In this document: piece after piece, positions 59,740 through 64,000 of the stretch | Layout of the letters: each line of letters starts with the position of its first letter | Position numbering within the stretch: position 1 is the stretch's first letter | The notes under the pieces: generated by a model | The model's input: only the letters and a program-made list of their open reading frames with translations | The model's database searches: none | What the model was told of the DNA's origin: nothing | Made by a program: the position numbers and the translations under genes | Assembly (NCBI GenBank): GCA_964510575.1 | Contig: CAZECN010000001.1 | Location: 2,131-66,130, forward strand | Length of the DNA stretch: 64,000 nt | Source: an uncultured Bdellovibrionales bacterium | GTDB taxonomy: Bacteria; Bdellovibrionota_C; UBA2361; SZUA-149; CALKYB01 | Direction: 5' to 3'

Positions 59740-60419
59740 GTAAACACTTAAAAATATTATTTGCCGTTTTGGTGGCTACATATTCAGCCACTGTCGCTTG
59801 GGCTGATTCCACAAATTCGTTCCAATTGAAATTGGAGCAAGACAGGGCCGAAGAGCGGTGGGTGATCAAAGTTCCTAAAAGCTTGGTGTCTAGAGAAGAC
59901 CTACACGTTGAACTTGATATACGTGCTGATAATAGCCAAGAACCAGTTAGTTATTTGGCCTGGGAAGATAATTTTAATATTGGCTGTTATTTCGTAAAGT
60001 TCAACCAAGTTAATTTAAAAAATTATTCTGCCCGAGCTCGAGTCTCAAGCAAAGATAAAGAACTTAGCCTGATTAGTGGTGAGTCGAATTGGATGAGTCT
60101 TGACTCAGTTAAGACCGCCGCTCCGGCTGAAGTAGCTTCCATCCCAGAGCAACGGAGTAAAACTTTTGCTAGAGGAATGATTTTATTTGGAGCTATCTTT
60201 TGTTGGATGTTGCTTTTGAATTCTTGGCTGTCTCTCAGAATTAGAGAGTTAAAGAGAAGTGCTCGTGCGCCTAGCGCTTACTCCAAGGAAGTTAGTCCTG
60301 AGCTAAAGTTCGAAGTGGAAAATTTAAGAAACTATTCTGGACTTGCGAATAGACAACTTAGTGATGATGAAAAATTGCTTTTCGAATCTAACCTTGATGA
60401 TTTAAGAGAGGGGCTATGA
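59736..60419 (+). CDS. Hypothetical bitopic membrane protein (signal peptide, periplasmic domain, TM, cytoplasmic tail)
   Basis: ATGA start/stop overlap with the PPIase gene. Confidence 0.4.
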   Translation: MSKHLKILFAVLVATYSATVAWADSTNSFQLKLEQDRAEERWVIKVPKSLVSREDLHVELDIRADNSQEPVSYLAWEDNFNIGCYFVKFNQVNLKNYSARARVSSKDKELSLISGESNWMSLDSVKTAAPAEVASIPEQRSKTFARGMILFGAIFCWMLLLNSWLSLRIRELKRSARAPSAYSKEVSPELKFEVENLRNYSGLANRQLSDDEKLLFESNLDDLREGL

Positions 60420-60835
60420 TCTGGGTAGTTTTAACATTACTTTTAGTAATCGCCGGATTTGTCTTTTTTTATGTGAAGATAAAAATCCACTCTGTTGGTG
60501 CTTTGAGAAAAAGCTTACTTTCTAGGCCTGATATTAGGGCGAGGGTCTTGTTGTTGAAAGAAATGGGTGGGGTGGCCGCTTCTTATCAAAAACCCAGTGG
60601 GGTTGCTCTAGAGACGGTTCCTTTAGGTGGTGGACGAGTAGAGCTTAGAGAAGTGGAGGTCGAAACTGCGGTAGAACTTGAGGAGTCATCCGAGATTGTA
60701 AAAAAGCTTGATAGCATGGTGGATAACTTATCTTTAGAGGCATGCGCCGAACTGTCCAAGCACCAAAAATTTTTCAATGATTATCAAAAATCAATTGCCA
60801 GACTTCGTTCTGCTCTTAAGGAAGTCTCATCTTGA
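60416..60835 (+). CDS. Hypothetical protein with an N-terminal TM helix
   Basis: ATGA overlap with the upstream gene. 139 aa. Confidence 0.35.
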   Translation: MIWVVLTLLLVIAGFVFFYVKIKIHSVGALRKSLLSRPDIRARVLLLKEMGGVAASYQKPSGVALETVPLGGGRVELREVEVETAVELEESSEIVKKLDSMVDNLSLEACAELSKHQKFFNDYQKSIARLRSALKEVSS

Positions 60836-61938
60836 GCCAACTTGTTTTTGAGCGCAGTGAAGGTGCTGCTCTAATCAAAGGAAGTGAAATTTTCACTTCT
60901 TTTTGTTCAACTGATTTTTTAGGTTTTTCACAAGATAATAGAGTTTTTCAAGCAGTTCGAGATGGTTTAAGTCGAGAAAATGAACTTTTAACTGGTCGTC
61001 GAGATACCTGCGGAGCTAGACCCTATCATCAGCGATTAGCTAAAGGCGTCTCTGCTTTTAGGGCCTCAGAAGAGGCCAGGCTATTCTCTTCCTTCGAAGA
61101 AATGTTGTTTGCTTTGATTTCTAACTCCAAGCAAGCCTTTTACAGTAATGTATTTATTTCATCTTCAATCCAGCGACAGGTTTGCGAAGGATTTTCCTTT
61201 GCTGGACTTGAGTTAAGTAACTTCGATTCAGCTGAGCCAGACCAATTAGAGGAGAAGTTAAGTAGGGTACAGAATTCAGAAATAGACCGGAAGGTCTTAG
61301 TTTTAATTGAAAGCCTCTCACCAATTAATGGTCGAGTTGCCCCACTCAGGGCTTTTTTGAAAGTTTGTGAAAAAGCCCAGGCCACCATGTTGGTTGATGA
61401 TAGTTTTGGTTTAGGTGTTTTAGGACTGTTGGGTAGTGGGGGGTTGGAAAAAGCAGGTATCCTTGATGAGGGTGTAACGTCTTTCTTTGATTTTAAACAT
61501 ACTCTTGGCTCGGTTGGAGCTGCGGTGGTTGGTTCTCGATTGGAAGTTGAGGGTCTTTTGGGTGAGGAAAAGGATGCGTATTTACTTCCTCTTTACTCAG
61601 TGTATGGAGTCGAGGCTGCCCTTGAGCTAACTGAGTTAGAGGTTCGTTCTCGAAGTAAACTTCGAGCTAAAGCACTCAGAGTGAGAGATGGTTTGATTTC
61701 AATGGGCTTAAGGGTGGAAGGAGATCCCGTTTCACCTGTGATTTTAATTAAGCTTGAAGATCCGTTGATAATTTCTGAAATTGTAAGAGGTTTATTCGAA
61801 AGAAAAATAGTAGTCGATAAAGACTCCAGCGGAGTTAGGATTGTTATTAGATCGATCCATACACCAGCTCTGATAACAGCACTTTTGCAAGCTGTTGATG
61901 ATGTTGGAAAGAAACTTGGATTAATTTCCTCCCTCTAG
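60832..61938 (+). CDS. Alpha-oxoamine synthase (BioF/AONS-family) homologue with substituted PLP-site residues (possible pseudoenzyme)
   Basis: Family blocks are present: [26 protein letters not shown] vs BioF [39 protein letters not shown] vs [26 protein letters not shown] vs TFGKGFGVSGAAVLCS. The conserved His and the Schiff-base Lys positions are changed. TTG start with a TTGA overlap. Confidence 0.5.
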   Translation: [368 protein letters not shown]

Positions 61939-62028
61939 TTTGCAGTCAGCTATTGATTGCCTAGTAAACTGGACAATTTCCTCACCTGCGGTTATGTCCT
62001 ACCGGTCTTCGTAGCCGGGTAGTTCATT

Positions 62029-63438
62029 ATGAGTAATACAGTCAAGAAAGCAGGCGACAGTCTGGTCCAGTCCCGTTCAGAATGCCTTCGTCAAATTGAC
62101 TTTGACCATATCTGGCACCCTTTCACTCAAAGCAGCCAGTGGTTTGCTGATTGTCCACTAATAGTCGATCGGGCCGAAGGTTTTTACCTTTATGACCCTG
62201 AGGGTAAAGACTATCTGGATGGGGTTTCATCTCTTTGGTGTAATGTTCATGGTCACTCTCATCCTGCTTTTACCAAGGCCGGTAAGGACCAAGTTGAAAA
62301 CCTAGTGCATTCTACGATGCTTGGCTTGAGTCATAGCCCAATTATTGAATGCACTGAAAGGTTAGTAAGTTTACTACCAGCTCACCTTAGTAGAGTTTTT
62401 TATTCCGACAGTGGAACATCCGCGGTTGAGGCTGCAATTAGAATTTCTTTAGAATGGTGGCAGAAACAAGGTGGAGAGAAAGGTAGGCAAAAAACAAAAT
62501 TACTTTCCCTAGCAGGAGCCTATCACGGTGACACCTTGGGTGCTGTAGGGATTGGATTTCTAGACTTCTTTCATGGAGCTTTAAATAAAAGCGTTGTTCA
62601 GTCTCATCGAGTTAGAACTCCTCATATTTTTAGATTTGAACAAGGCTGCTCGGAGTCTGAAGCTTTGGAGAAAAGTGTCTCTGAATTGAAAGAATTTTTA
62701 TCCCAAGAAGGTGATTCGATCGCGGCTTTTTTTGTGGAACCGCTTGTTCAAGGTGCTGCGGGAATTTGGGTTTATCCACCGGAGTATTTAAAAGAAATAG
62801 AGACTCTTTGTCGAAAACACGACATTCACCTGATTATAGATGAAGTTGCCACCGGCTTTGGAAAAACAGGACAAATTTTTGCTCACCAGATTGCTGGTGT
62901 TGAGGCGGACCTGTTGGTTATGGGTAAGGGATTAAGCGGTGGATTGCTTGCGATTTCAGCGGTTGCTTGTCGAGAAGAAATTTTTAGAGGCTTTCATGGA
63001 AAGCCTTCTGAAGGAAAAACTTTCTTTTATGGGCAAACTTTTGCTGGAAACCCATTGGCTGCCAGATTTGCTGAAGTAAACCTTTCTTTGTTTCAAGACC
63101 CTACCTTGATGGATGGAGCTCGAAAGCGAATAGATAAATACACAGGCTTGCTAGATCGAAAATTGAAAACCTTAGAGTGGGTGGATGAAGTTCGACAGCT
63201 AGGTTTTATGACAGGCATTGAGCTCACTTCAAAGCCAGGTTCAAGAGCTGCTTGGAAAAGCGACCAGCAAGTTGGTGTGAAAATTGTGAAAGCGGCTCGG
63301 GATCGAGGAGTTTTTATTCGACCTCTAGGTAACGTAATTGTTTTAATGCCGGCTATAGCCATGCCCGAAGAGGATCTTGAAAAACTAGTTCAAGTGACTG
63401 CTGAAGCCATCGATGAAGCTTGTAGTTCCGAGAGTTAG
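62029..63438 (+). CDS. bioA: Adenosylmethionine-8-amino-7-oxononanoate aminotransferase
   Basis: Class-III aminotransferase. DEVATGFGKTGQIFA (PLP Lys). BioA length and blocks. Confidence 0.85.
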   Translation: MSNTVKKAGDSLVQSRSECLRQIDFDHIWHPFTQSSQWFADCPLIVDRAEGFYLYDPEGKDYLDGVSSLWCNVHGHSHPAFTKAGKDQVENLVHSTMLGLSHSPIIECTERLVSLLPAHLSRVFYSDSGTSAVEAAIRISLEWWQKQGGEKGRQKTKLLSLAGAYHGDTLGAVGIGFLDFFHGALNKSVVQSHRVRTPHIFRFEQGCSESEALEKSVSELKEFLSQEGDSIAAFFVEPLVQGAAGIWVYPPEYLKEIETLCRKHDIHLIIDEVATGFGKTGQIFAHQIAGVEADLLVMGKGLSGGLLAISAVACREEIFRGFHGKPSEGKTFFYGQTFAGNPLAARFAEVNLSLFQDPTLMDGARKRIDKYTGLLDRKLKTLEWVDEVRQLGFMTGIELTSKPGSRAAWKSDQQVGVKIVKAARDRGVFIRPLGNVIVLMPAIAMPEEDLEKLVQVTAEAIDEACSSES

Positions 63439-63439
63439 T

Positions 63440-64000
63440 GATGTTAGCTAAGAGCGACTATATAGACCTGGATGTTATTGCTGAGGCTGGGCACTTACTT
63501 GTAACAGGAACTGATACAGGAATCGGAAAAACTTGGACTACCGTTAAGATTATCGAAGAGCTTAAGAAGAAAGGTCAGGAGGTTTCGGCCGCTAAGCCTA
63601 TCGAAACAGGTTGTGAAAAGAATGGAAGTGGAGAACTAGTTGGATCTGATATAACCGAGATTGCAGGGGCACTAGGTGTTTCTAGGCAAGATCCTGAGTA
63701 TAAAAACCTTTTCTTTAAACTTTACCACTCTCCGGTTGCGCCCTCAGTGGCTGTAGAAAGAGAAGCTTCTTCTTTGACTTGGGAAGAACTAGTTGATTGG
63801 CTTAACCAACGGAAGGCAGCTAAAGAGACTTTTTTAGTTGAAGGAGCCGGTGGGCTACTTGTTCCAATTGTAAACAGTCAGACTTTTGCAGAATTGGCTC
63901 AAGAGACTGGGTTGAAAGTTTTGGTTGTTTTTGGTTCGCGTTTGGGTGCAATTAACCAAGCGGCTTTAACTTTTGAAGTTCTTAGGTCAAGAGGCCTTCC
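63440..64000 (+). CDS. bioD: Dethiobiotin synthetase, partial (runs off the right edge)
   Basis: P-loop LLVTGTDTGIGKTWTT. Starts 2 nt after the bioA stop. Confidence 0.8.

Overview
This is a low-GC bacterial chromosomal window with Gram-negative features (PBP1A, lipoproteins, the FoF1 ATP synthase b'/b subunit arrangement), carrying housekeeping genes with an accessory island between them. Housekeeping content: an ATP synthase operon without atpB/atpE (atpF'-atpF-atpH-atpA-atpG-atpD-atpC; a and c subunits absent from the window), pstSCAB, glmU-glmS, a split trp set (trpD-trpF on the + strand, trpC-trpB-trpA on the - strand), pepA, tpx, purT, a GldA/GldF/GldG-like ABC system with a DUF4340 partner, PBP1A, cyclophilin, and bioA with partial bioD.

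The most interesting region is the island at about 9.6-19.5 kb:
- It holds two membrane-anchored LtaS/EptA-like alkaline-phosphatase-superfamily enzymes and two polytopic GT-C-like membrane proteins.
- It also holds a bufferin-like MNIO RiPP cluster: a DUF2282 precursor, a DUF692 (MNIO) enzyme and a DUF2063 partner. The precursor carries an unusual C-terminal Met-Asp-Lys repeat tail.
- It is bracketed by two inverted copies, about 85% identical, of a roughly 330-bp noncoding element. Each copy contains two paired 11-nt inverted-repeat modules of the form TATACT-N5 / N5-AGTATA. Degenerate copies of the same motif lie upstream of both LtaS-like genes, which suggests a shared regulon or a structured-RNA family.

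Other notable items:
- a divergently arranged duplicated module of a polytopic membrane protein plus a secreted FG-GAP beta-propeller protein;
- an orphan HslV-like Ntn-hydrolase;
- a GroES-like protein with no adjacent groEL;
- a protein with only sigma-70 region 2;
- a BioF-like alpha-oxoamine-synthase homologue whose PLP-binding Lys and His appear substituted;
- a Fic-family protein with a degenerate catalytic motif.

No rRNA, tRNA, CRISPR array or transposase was recognised.
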